Shown here: one piece after another, positions 1-7,648 of the stretch
Numbering within the stretch: position 1 is the first letter of the stretch
How the letters are laid out: each line of letters begins with the position of its first letter
Assembly (NCBI RefSeq): GCF_011045215.1
Contig: NZ_CP049201.1
Length of the DNA stretch: 64,000 bases
Direction: 5' to 3' (one strand)
Source: Escherichia coli
GTDB taxonomy: Bacteria; Pseudomonadota; Gammaproteobacteria; Enterobacterales; Enterobacteriaceae
The notes under the pieces: model-generated
Told to the model about the DNA's origin: nothing
Databases searched by the model: none
What the model saw: the letters and a program-made list of their open reading frames with translations, nothing else
Made by a program: the position numbers and the translations under genes

Positions 1-155
1 ATACATGGAATATCCCCGCCCCGGCAATACTCAATTTTTGCAGCAAGATGAGTGTCACGCGGATAGAACTCCAGACGATACATATCCCCCAGGACATGCA
101 CTTCCTCAACCTGACGGCCATCTTTAGTTACCGTTATTTTTTTCAGTGCGTACAT
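1..155 (-). CDS. Hypothetical phage protein, N-terminal part only (continues past window start)
   Basis: ATG at 155-153 preceded by GGAGG (complement of 161-165) with a 5-nt spacer. Frame is open to position 1 (MYALKKITVTKDGRQVEEVHVLGDMYRLEFYPRD...). Confidence 0.45.
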   Translation of the reverse strand, partial: MYALKKITVTKDGRQVEEVHVLGDMYRLEFYPRDTHLAAKIEYCRGGDIPC

Positions 156-180
156 ACGTACCTCCGTTCTTTCGTTTTTT

Positions 181-210
181 GAGTAATAAAAAAGGCCGCC
201 ACAGCGACCT
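181..210 (-). terminator. Rho-independent terminator downstream of the endolysin
   Basis: Minus-sense AGGUCGC-UGUG-GCGGCCU hairpin (193-210) followed by UUUUUUAUU. The U.G pair only forms in minus sense. Confidence 0.6.
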
Positions 211-222
211 TTGCCAGTACGT

Positions 223-768
223 TTACAAACCAACGCGCGCTTTCATCCAGCCATAGACAAACGACTCATTGGCCTCGCGTTTCTCTGCCAGCTCCAGATA
301 ACGCTCGCCCTGCGTACAGTTCAGGGCTTTCACCAGTACCAGTTCACCATCCCTGCTGCGATTTTTCAGATATGCCCGTAACGCATTAAGAGTACGCGGT
401 CCGATGCGTCCATCTGCATCCATATCCGGATAGAGTTTCCCGCGCAGGTTAAAAACATTCAGCCAGCGCTGAAGCATTCTGGACGCCACGGCTGGTCCCA
501 TGTTCACGCCCGTGTCGCACAACTCTGCGGCAATATCCGGAGACAGATTCTCAACCTGGTCGAATCGTGGTCCGTACCAGTAGTCCGCCTCGAGTATTTC
601 CAGCGCCTGCCCACGCGTCAGGTCACGCATATCGCCCTGATAACCGTGTGCACGGGCAACTTTTTCAGTGATGCCCCATTTAGTCGGACCACCTTTATCA
701 TCCGGGTGATTGACGTAACCGCCCTCTTTTCCCAGAATTTCGTCAAAAATTTCATCTTTCGACTTCAT
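223..768 (-). CDS. Endolysin, GH108-type N-acetylmuramidase with C-terminal peptidoglycan-binding domain
   Basis: MKSKDEIFDEILGKEGGYVNHPDDKGGPTKWGIT motif typical of the GH108 family. ATG at 768 lies next to the stop of the upstream membrane-protein gene (TGAtATG). Confidence 0.85.
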   Translation of the reverse strand: MKSKDEIFDEILGKEGGYVNHPDDKGGPTKWGITEKVARAHGYQGDMRDLTRGQALEILEADYWYGPRFDQVENLSPDIAAELCDTGVNMGPAVASRMLQRWLNVFNLRGKLYPDMDADGRIGPRTLNALRAYLKNRSRDGELVLVKALNCTQGERYLELAEKREANESFVYGWMKARVGL

Positions 769-769
769 A

Positions 770-1048
770 TCAGCGCCTTCGTAATACAAGGATTTTTGAT
801 ACGTTCCCGCGTGCTCGTATCACCAGCACGCAGAACACCAGGTTAATCAGGACGACCAGCCAGTTACCGGGTGGAAAGCGACCACACAGATAACAAAGCG
901 GCGCAAAGGCATAAAGCAGCATCAGCAGCCAGGCCAGCCACGACATCAGCGGTTTATGTCTCGACTCACCACGACGATAAAAAAAGAGCGTCAGCACGAT
1001 AACCGTGCTTAACACCACATTCAGTAATCCGGGAAGGTTACTTAACAT
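770..1048 (-). CDS. Small multi-pass membrane protein of the lysis cassette (holin/antiholin-like)
   Basis: 92 aa with several hydrophobic helices and a basic C-terminal tail (RARGNVSKILVLRRR). GGAGG lies 5 nt upstream of the ATG at 1048. Sits between the holin and the endolysin. Confidence 0.65.
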   Translation of the reverse strand: MLSNLPGLLNVVLSTVIVLTLFFYRRGESRHKPLMSWLAWLLMLLYAFAPLCYLCGRFPPGNWLVVLINLVFCVLVIRARGNVSKILVLRRR

Positions 1049-1427
1049 TACCGCCTCCACCCCGCAGACGGGAGAACAGCCCGGATACCAGCGATGCGAT
1101 ATCCTGCTGGTGGATGAATGAGAGAATCTTCACTGACACCACCGATACCAGTACCGCACAAAGCGCGTCGAGAGATGTGCTGTGGAGATTCAGTTTTTCA
1201 ACCAGGTAAGACGCCATCACATCCGCCCCCAGCACGCCAACAATGAACGACACCAGAAAATGCGCTGCCACACGCCAGACAGAAATCTTCTGTGGTATCG
1301 TGGCCACAAACAGCGCCCCTGCGAATGCACCAAACACAATCCCGAAATCCGTTCCGGTAAACAGCCCGAATACCGTCGCCCCGCCGAGCGCCGCAGCCGT
1401 GCCGGAACCGGATAAGGGTTCAGACAT
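1038..1427 (-). CDS. Putative phage holin (130 aa, Gly/Ala-rich transmembrane helices)
   Basis: MSEPLSGSGTAAALGGATVFGLFTG... with multiple TM segments. AGGAG SD upstream of the ATG at 1427. First gene of the lysis cassette. Confidence 0.65.
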   Translation of the reverse strand: MSEPLSGSGTAAALGGATVFGLFTGTDFGIVFGAFAGALFVATIPQKISVWRVAAHFLVSFIVGVLGADVMASYLVEKLNLHSTSLDALCAVLVSVVSVKILSFIHQQDIASLVSGLFSRLRGGGGNVK

Positions 1428-1441
1428 ACTTTTTCTCCTGT

Positions 1442-1467
1442 AAATAAAAAAGGGCCGCTGTCGGCCC
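1442..1467 (-). terminator. Rho-independent terminator immediately upstream of the holin (tR'-like)
   Basis: Minus-sense GGGCCGACAGCGGCCC hairpin (1452-1467) followed by UUUUUUAUUUA. Confidence 0.7.
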
Positions 1468-1593
1468 GTAAAAAAACACCCCGTCAAAGGCACCCGCAGA
1501 TGCCTTTTGTGTGGTGTTATCTGGTGTTTTCTGATGTGGTGTGTGCAGGACACAGATGTGAAAAAGGTCCGCCGGTACGAACCCTGTGTATGG

Positions 1594-1621
1594 ATAAAAA
1601 AATGCCCGTCATGAGACGGGC
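1594..1621 (-). terminator. Second minus-strand Rho-independent terminator upstream of the lysis genes
   Basis: Minus-sense GCCCGUC-UCAU-GACGGGC hairpin (1604-1621) followed by AUUUUUUUAU. Confidence 0.65.
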
Positions 1622-1674
1622 TAACGCATTCATCATGCAAGAGTTAAGCAGGATTACCTGTATCGAATTATCGG

Positions 1675-1752
1675 TATCAGAATGAGTCGTCAACCTGCAA
1701 CGCAATTCTGACGAATCGTAGACCCCGGTTCAGGCGACGACTCATTCTGATA
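1675..1752. repeat. Perfect 17-bp inverted repeat with a 44-nt spacer
   Basis: tatcagaatgagtcgtc (1675-1691) and gacgactcattctgata (1736-1752) are exact reverse complements. Confidence 0.9.
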
Positions 1753-1896
1753 ACGCATACCATTAACAATGTAAAAAACACAGCACTGAAACTGTAACCG
1801 GCCAGGCATTACAGAATGAAGAAAATAAAGTGTCCGCAACCAGATTCTTCACGAAAATTCGTCAGTGCTGATAAAGCTATGACTCATCAGTTTTAC

Positions 1897-1972
1897 TGGA
1901 GAACGGTGGCGGGAATCGAACCCACATCATCAGCCTGGAAAGCTGAGGTAATAGCCATTATACGATACCCGC
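1897..1972 (-). tRNA. tRNA-Gly(UCC)-like element with an unpaired acceptor stem (probable pseudo-tRNA)
   Basis: The reverse complement GCGGGTATCGTATAATGGCTATTACCTCAGCTTTCCAGGCTGATGATGTGGGTTCGATTCCCGC... matches E. coli glyT as recalled through the D, anticodon and T arms. The 3' strand CACCGTT cannot pair with 5' GCGGGTA. Confidence 0.5.
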
Positions 1973-2190
1973 ATACTGTGCTGGCTTCCGGAATCACACG
2001 AATTACCGGGAAAGCCAGCACTGGTCTTTCCGGTGGCAAGCAACACCCCTGTGAACATAAAGACAACCACCTTCCGGACCAGTCAGAATACTAACGACAG
2101 TTTTTCAGACATCAAAAATATATTTGGTGTTCAGTTTTAAATATGTGTATACATCTGTATCAGAAATATACAACTTATATCATCACTGAA

Positions 2191-3237
2191 TTAAAAATCT
2201 TTCGTTATTTCTCTGACCGTCTGATTAAAACGTTCCTCTTCCAGTTCCACGCCAATCGCCCTGCGTCCCAGCAACAGTGCCGCTTTTATCGTGGAACCTG
2301 ACCCCATAAAAAAATCTGCGACCAAATCGCCTGGACGGCTGCTGGCAGTAATTATCTGACGCAACATATCCGCCGGTTTTTCACAGGGATGTTTGCCCGG
2401 ATAATACTGCACGGGCTTGTGCGTCCAGACATCCGTATAAGGAACGACAGCCGATACGGAAAAATAACGCCGCAGTGATTTGTATTCCTCCAGCAGGCTG
2501 ACATATTGCCGGTTCAGTTCGCTGTATGTGCTGACCAGCTGGTGATGTGGCTGCTCCAGTTCACCGCGCTGGTGTTTTTCTGCCGCCACACGTGCAAACA
2601 GCGCCTGCAGTTTACTGTAATCGGCCTCATTCGGTAACTGCCACTGACTGGTACCAAACCAGTGCGAAACCATGTTTTTCTTTCCGGTGGCTTCAGCTAT
2701 CTGTTTTGACGTTATCCCCAGTGATTCACGCGCATCACGGAAGTAAGAAATCAGCGGGGCCATCACGTGCTGTTTAAGCTCGCGCCCCTTTGCCGCATAG
2801 CCGTCATTTTTTGGCTGGTATGGCCCCTGATAATGTTCAGCAAACAGAATGCGCTCTGTTGCCGGGAAATACGCCCGCAGGCTTTCCTTGTTGCACCCGT
2901 TCCAGCGTCCGGACGGCTTCGCCCAGATAATGTGGTTCAGCACATTAAAGCGCTCACGCATCATGATTTCGGTGTCAGATGCCAGGCGATGACCACAGAA
3001 CAGGTAAAGACTTCCGGCAGGCTTCAGTACCCGCCAGAACTGCGCCAGACATCGGTCCAGCCATTGCAGGTAATCATCGTCGCCCTTCCACTGGTTATCC
3101 CAGCCCTCGGGCTTCACTTTAAAGTATGGCGGGTCTGTGACTATCAGATCGACAGAGTTTTCCGGTAATGTCCGGATAAATTCCAGGCAATCCGCGTTGA
3201 TTAACTCACAACTGGATATTTTTACAGTATTAGCCAT
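2191..3237 (-). CDS. DNA methyltransferase (N6-adenine/N4-cytosine, beta class), orphan
   Basis: DPPY motif (IVTDPPYF) is N-terminal and FFMGSGST (AdoMet motif I) is C-terminal. No adjacent endonuclease-like ORF. Confidence 0.85.
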   Translation of the reverse strand: MANTVKISSCELINADCLEFIRTLPENSVDLIVTDPPYFKVKPEGWDNQWKGDDDYLQWLDRCLAQFWRVLKPAGSLYLFCGHRLASDTEIMMRERFNVLNHIIWAKPSGRWNGCNKESLRAYFPATERILFAEHYQGPYQPKNDGYAAKGRELKQHVMAPLISYFRDARESLGITSKQIAEATGKKNMVSHWFGTSQWQLPNEADYSKLQALFARVAAEKHQRGELEQPHHQLVSTYSELNRQYVSLLEEYKSLRRYFSVSAVVPYTDVWTHKPVQYYPGKHPCEKPADMLRQIITASSRPGDLVADFFMGSGSTIKAALLLGRRAIGVELEEERFNQTVREITKDF

Positions 3238-3387
3238 AGATCAATAAGCACTTCTCTGATAGGCTCATACCGCTTTTGCGCAAAGCAGATGGGCCTGAGG
3301 TTTGCTTGTGACCCCAACGCATGAGCAGATGGCTGGCAGGTGCCGCTAACACCCACCAGCCGCCCATTACCACAAATTAAAAAGCCT

Positions 3388-3585
3388 TCACTGCGAAAGG
3401 CGTCTGTAACAACCGAACTGATAATCTGCCAGACCCGCCATAACAAGCTGGGTCAGTATTAACTGGCAGCGTTCGCGTGAAAGGTAAGTATTCTGCGCAA
3501 TTTCCCCGACGGTCGCCGGTTCGGTGACGCTTAATTCATTAAACACCACTCTGGCGGTTTTGGTCATATCCTGCTGTTTTAGCAT
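3388..3585 (-). CDS. Small (65 aa) putative winged-helix DNA-binding protein
   Basis: MLKQQDMTKTARVVFNELSVTEPATVGEIAQNTYLSRERCQLILTQLVMAGL... resembles an HTH. AGGGA SD-like sequence upstream. The longer annotated ORF upstream looks non-coding. Confidence 0.4.
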   Translation of the reverse strand: MLKQQDMTKTARVVFNELSVTEPATVGEIAQNTYLSRERCQLILTQLVMAGLADYQFGCYRRLSQ

Positions 3586-3707
3586 GTCTTTTTCCCTATT
3601 CCGGTTAACGTGACATACCAATAACTCTTGTCTGAAAAGCCAGCAAGCTGAAAAACCGGTATTCGTAACCACCAGCGCGTTTAACGTACTGCACCACTTT
3701 TCGGGCA

Positions 3708-3730
3708 CAAAAAACCCGCCTAACGGCGAG
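3708..3730 (-). terminator. Minus-strand intrinsic terminator (candidate tR'-type site)
   Basis: Minus-sense CUCGCC-GUUA-GGCGGG hairpin followed by UUUUUUG. Confidence 0.5.
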
Positions 3731-3902
3731 CTTAAGCTGTGTAGCGAAGTAACCACTCTTAACACACTAAGCGAAAAAATGCGGACCGCGTTAGTGATTT
3801 TTAGCAAGTTTTGCTTTATTTTTCCTACGTACAGTAAAAATAAGAAATCAATTCCAGCCAGGCTGGCTGAGTTAACACAGGTCTTAGAATGAGGGAACTT
3901 CT

Positions 3903-4913
3903 TTGTACGAAATACATTACGACGTTGAGTCTGAACAGCAAGCTTTTGAATTACTTGAACGTTACCTAAACGGACAAGCTTTACCCGAAAAAATTAGTTT
4001 CAATGGTTGGCCAAGTCTAACCATCAGGTTGACTGGTGAAAAATTCAACAAATCACTCACACCTTCAGTTATGAAAGGATTTGTTGAAATGCAATCGCAA
4101 CTCAATAAGTCTTATGCGCTAGCAAAGTTCGGAACTCCTGATGTCCGCAGGCTAACAAAAGAAGAACTTGATGCTTTAGAAATTGAAGTTACAGTAGAGC
4201 AAGGTTCATCTCTTGTAGAGATTAACATTGATGGCTTCCTAAGCAAGCTTACGCACGAACTGGTAGGGAAAATGAACGCCACAGAGATTGTATTTACGGT
4301 TCTCGGTGCTGCCGTTATATGGGGCGGTGTAACCGTCTTCAAACGCTATCTGGATAACCGTAAAGATACTCGGTTGGCTGAAATTGCTAAAGAAGGCGAC
4401 AAAGAACACCTACGCGCAATGCAAGTGATGACACAGGAGGAAACAAAACGCCTCCAAATCATCTCAGAAATGGTGGCTAAAAAACCTCTACTCGACAATA
4501 TGGATCGAATGTCTTATGACGCTAAAACCACCATGGTTAAATCTTTCGTGCGTTCAGATTCAGCAGAAATTGACGGTGTCACAATAGATTCAGAAACGGC
4601 AAAAGAGCTAGTAACAAATGCTCGTCGACGCTCAGTTGAAATGAGAATAGACGGTATATACCGTATCGAAGAAGTGAATAATACCGACCCCGAAAGCTTC
4701 AAAGTTAAGGTTCGAAAGGTCGATTCTGATCAACGTTTGACCTGCGTTGTTCAGGATATATTCCTTGATGAATCAGGGAACAAAGAAGCCTTACAGCGAG
4801 CTGAATGGGAAAGAAAGCCTGTGCATTTAAGCATCAATGCCAAACACATTGATGGAGATATCAAGTCCGCCGTAATTTTACATGTGAAAGATGTTGAAGA
4901 TAAGCCCGAGTAA
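3903..4913 (+). CDS. Hypothetical 336-aa single-pass membrane protein, counter-oriented moron
   Basis: TTG start with GAGGGA (3891-3896) 6 nt upstream. One hydrophobic helix (IVFTVLGAAVIWGGVTVF) between two charged soluble regions. AT-rich. Opposite strand to all neighbours. Confidence 0.75.
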   Translation: MYEIHYDVESEQQAFELLERYLNGQALPEKISFNGWPSLTIRLTGEKFNKSLTPSVMKGFVEMQSQLNKSYALAKFGTPDVRRLTKEELDALEIEVTVEQGSSLVEINIDGFLSKLTHELVGKMNATEIVFTVLGAAVIWGGVTVFKRYLDNRKDTRLAEIAKEGDKEHLRAMQVMTQEETKRLQIISEMVAKKPLLDNMDRMSYDAKTTMVKSFVRSDSAEIDGVTIDSETAKELVTNARRRSVEMRIDGIYRIEEVNNTDPESFKVKVRKVDSDQRLTCVVQDIFLDESGNKEALQRAEWERKPVHLSINAKHIDGDIKSAVILHVKDVEDKPE

Positions 4914-4928
4914 TCGGGCTGTCTGGTT

Positions 4929-5309
4929 TCAAGATTCCACTTCGGCATCCATTTCTAAACTTACATCCAACATACTCAGGCAACCGTCGATAAACCCTTC
5001 AGCCATCTGTATCTCTATACGTATCAATTTCTCATCCTTCCAACGCGCCTTTGCAATCTTGCGCTTGGATATCCTGTATAAATAATGTGCCACAAGAAGC
5101 GAATGCTCATAAGGCCTTTTTTGCTTTAAACAAGCAAGACAACCTTCAATAATTAATGCGTCACTATCTGAACAAGCCAGGCGTTTCTTACTGGTATAGG
5201 GCAGAAGTCCCTTAAACCCGGCAGCTATAGGTGAATAGTCCACACCCGAGCTATCACTAGCCGCCCATGCCCCCCAACGCTCAAGAACCATCTGAATATC
5301 ACGCGCCAT
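4929..5309 (-). CDS. Late-gene antiterminator Q (DLP12 QuuD / phage-82 type)
   Basis: MARDIQMVLERWGAWAA...AAGFKGL...QMAEGFIDGCLSMLDVSLEMD matches QuuD as recalled. AGGTGG SD. Overlaps the rusA stop. Confidence 0.85.
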   Translation of the reverse strand: MARDIQMVLERWGAWAASDSSGVDYSPIAAGFKGLLPYTSKKRLACSDSDALIIEGCLACLKQKRPYEHSLLVAHYLYRISKRKIAKARWKDEKLIRIEIQMAEGFIDGCLSMLDVSLEMDAEVES

Positions 5310-5670
5310 CGTTACCACCTGTAATTTCGTAAATCTTCACACCCAGCCGACCACCAGGTACGCGCTGACCGCGCACAATATTAATTTCATCAAACTGCTC
5401 GTCGTCGATAAGCAACCCCGCATGTGTCAGTGCATCCAGTGGTGCTTTCAGAATATTGTCCAGGTCACGACGGCGCTTATCCGGTGGCTCTGCAGTAATT
5501 TTTATTGCCAGCCTTCCGGACAGATTTAATTTCAGCCGCTGCTGGCGAACAATGAGCGCCACATCACGGCGATAACGCTCACCGGCTTTTGATACAAAAT
5601 ATGTGCTGCCACGACGTCGCCAGTAGGTGTTTACCGTCGGCGGGTAAGGCAAAACAAACTCTATACGCAT
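5299..5670 (-). CDS. rusA: Holliday-junction resolvase RusA
   Basis: RusA family signature ...PPDKRRRDLDNILKAPLDALTHAGLLIDDEQ... Confidence 0.9.
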   Translation of the reverse strand: MRIEFVLPYPPTVNTYWRRRGSTYFVSKAGERYRRDVALIVRQQRLKLNLSGRLAIKITAEPPDKRRRDLDNILKAPLDALTHAGLLIDDEQFDEINIVRGQRVPGGRLGVKIYEITGGNDGA

Positions 5671-5682
5671 CAGTAACCTCTT

Positions 5683-6732
5683 TTACCCGAGCACGCCGGT
5701 TGCAAAGGCGTGATCAAGAAAACGAAAAATTAAATCAACCTGGGAACCATGCTTTTCTTCGAACGCCAGCGGATCCGCATGAAGTTCGTTGTGATGTTCC
5801 CGGCATAACGGTAGCGTGAAAATATCGTGGGATTTTGTTCCCATTCCGCCCTGACCATGACCAATCAGGTGATGGGGATCGTCGGCTGGCTTACCACAGC
5901 ACGCACACGGCTGTGTCTTTACCCAGCGTGTATATTTCTCATTTATCCAACGGCGACGTTTAGGTCGCTTCATGAAAGATTCCGGAGACTCCGGATCTAC
6001 GGCAATGCTGACCACCGTCTTTTCCTGTGGTGCGTTCTGTTGCTGGTGGGCGTGAGGTGGTAGCGCAATATTTTTTGTGCGCTGCTTCAGTATGCTGGTA
6101 GCTGTCTGCTCTCCCGGTACGATGTCGCTTTCGCGGTATACTGAGTGGATTTTTTCACCCGGAAGCTTCAGGATTCGACGCGCCATATTTTCGGTCATGG
6201 CATCCACTACATCATTTACAGCAGCCCAGCAGTACAGTTCAGCCAGCGATAATTCCCGCTCCTGTGTACCGCTTATTGCGTGACGTATGACGTCAATCAT
6301 CCAGGCTGTCAGATTTTGTTGAGCAAGCTGCCCGAGTGATTCGGAGGTCTGGTCACGCAGCTGGTTGTCGCAGTGCCAGCACAACACCATCGCGCCGGTG
6401 CCGTAACGATGTATGACGGTTTCACTGTGATGATAGTCACCATGAGGCCACTGGCAGGATTTGACATGACGCAACAGCCAGTCAGACAGTGCGCCAGCGC
6501 CGCCAGCAGCACGAATCACCCGCTCATCGCTGAAAAATGGCAGTAATGATTTATCTTCCGCCAGCGGCTGGCGAACAGCAGGAACAACTCCGAACGGCAG
6601 ACCGCGCATGCTTTTCGGTTCCGGTTCCACCAGCACTCGAGGGTTATGAAATACCTGCATGGATTCACGACCAGGCTTAAGGACCACCAGCCCGAGTTCC
6701 GGTACCGGAACAGGTCGAAGTAATACCCGCAC
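5683..6732 (-). CDS. DUF968-type phage protein (YdfU-like) with C-terminal HNH-like zinc motif
   Basis: C-terminus CACCGKPADDPHHLIGHG...LCREHHNELH. Sits upstream of rusA as in Qin/Rac-type prophages. Confidence 0.75.
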   Translation of the reverse strand: MRVLLRPVPVPELGLVVLKPGRESMQVFHNPRVLVEPEPKSMRGLPFGVVPAVRQPLAEDKSLLPFFSDERVIRAAGGAGALSDWLLRHVKSCQWPHGDYHHSETVIHRYGTGAMVLCWHCDNQLRDQTSESLGQLAQQNLTAWMIDVIRHAISGTQERELSLAELYCWAAVNDVVDAMTENMARRILKLPGEKIHSVYRESDIVPGEQTATSILKQRTKNIALPPHAHQQQNAPQEKTVVSIAVDPESPESFMKRPKRRRWINEKYTRWVKTQPCACCGKPADDPHHLIGHGQGGMGTKSHDIFTLPLCREHHNELHADPLAFEEKHGSQVDLIFRFLDHAFATGVLG

Positions 6733-6733
6733 G

Positions 6734-7006
6734 TTACCTCCAGATGCGTTGCTGGAATGTGCGGGATGGACGCGGTGGGCGTTCGGAATAAGGGAGCCTG
6801 ACTGAAATTATCCAGTGTCGGAAGTCAGGGCTGAGGTCTTTCTGAAACTCGTACCCACGTCTGCGGTAGTTCTGTATCAGCCATTCGGCCTGTTCTTCAG
6901 TGCAGGGGTCATGCTGATACCAGTCATATTTGAATGTGTGAGAACGCCGCCCGTATCTGCTGGCAGGGGCGGCATCAGAATTGTTAATTTTCTTGTAATG
7001 CACCAC
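6734..7006 (-). CDS. Hypothetical nin-region protein (90 aa)
   Basis: ORF tightly packed against the downstream DUF968 gene. No family recognised. Confidence 0.6.
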   Translation of the reverse strand: MVHYKKINNSDAAPASRYGRRSHTFKYDWYQHDPCTEEQAEWLIQNYRRRGYEFQKDLSPDFRHWIISVRLPYSERPPRPSRTFQQRIWR

Positions 7007-7072
7007 TACTATCCTCGTAATGGTGCGACAGACGCCAGTTGTTCAGGCTGGCTTTAACTACAACATTATAAT

Positions 7073-7267
7073 CTAGTCTTTCTTAATGCTGAAGTGACTG
7101 ACCGAATCCGCATGTGATTCTTTGGTGATCAGAATAACATCGGATGGCAATGGCATTACGATAAACTCACCATTCTCAAGAACTATTACTTCATAATTAC
7201 CTGGTATAGAAAGCGCAGCAATTAATTCCTTATCGTTCATAACCAAAATCCCGTGAACTTTAAACAC
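7073..7267 (-). CDS. Hypothetical small protein (64 aa, GTG start)
   Basis: AT-rich ORF. AAGGGGAG lies directly upstream of the GTG. A 12-bp palindrome ccccttaagggg (7271-7282) is adjacent. Confidence 0.4.
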   Translation of the reverse strand: MFKVHGILVMNDKELIAALSIPGNYEVIVLENGEFIVMPLPSDVILITKESHADSVSHFSIKKD

Positions 7268-7401
7268 CTCCCCTTAAGGGGACCATCCTTCTTCTCCCTG
7301 CGCGCCAATCAAGTAATGAGATTCTATTTCCCCCGTAATTAGCCTCAAGAACAACAAATCACAAAAACACAAAAAGCCTGTTTGATTAAAAATAATCGTA
7401 A

Positions 7402-7424
7402 CAAAAAACCCGCCGAAGCGGGTT
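7402..7424 (-). terminator. Terminator of the hok mRNA
   Basis: Minus-sense AACCCGCUUCGGCGGGUU hairpin followed by UUUUUU. Confidence 0.75.
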
Positions 7425-7492
7425 AAGTGCGGGTGCGTTGAGGATGCCTGACACATCAGAGGTGGCGAGGGATTTCTCCCCCGCCAGGTCTC

Positions 7493-7648
7493 TTACTCCT
7501 CAGATTCGTAAGCTGTGAAGACAGCGACCTCCGTCTGGCCGGTTCGGATTCGTACCTCGCAGAGGTCTTTCCTCATTACCAGTGCCGTCACTATGACGGT
7601 TAAACAGATGACGATCAGGGCGATTAACATCGCCTTTTGCTGCTTCAT
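7493..7648 (-). CDS. hok: Hok-family type I toxin (HokD/RelF-like, 51 aa)
   Basis: MKQQKAMLIALIVICLTVIVTALVMRKDLCEVRIRTGQTEVAVFTAYESEE is near-identical to HokD as recalled. Confidence 0.9.
   Translation of the reverse strand: MKQQKAMLIALIVICLTVIVTALVMRKDLCEVRIRTGQTEVAVFTAYESEE

Noticed and set aside
1816-2094. 92-aa plus-strand ORF
   Set aside because: It runs straight through the tRNA-Gly-like element on the opposite strand. This is most likely a chance ORF in non-coding DNA.
3222-3807. 74-aa and 139-aa minus-strand ORFs as annotated in the track
   Set aside because: The upstream two-thirds of the 139-aa ORF covers a terminator and leader-like sequence, so only the last 65 codons (3388-3585) look protein-like. 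The 74-aa ORF has an implausible sequence and overlaps the methyltransferase start.
3785-3845. Candidate Q-dependent late promoter (pR') upstream of the 3708-3730 terminator
   Set aside because: TTGCTA is present in minus sense, but I could not find a convincing -10 at proper spacing. An alternative TTGTAT-16-TATACA exists near 2125-2152. The pR'/qut position is left unassigned rather than guessed.
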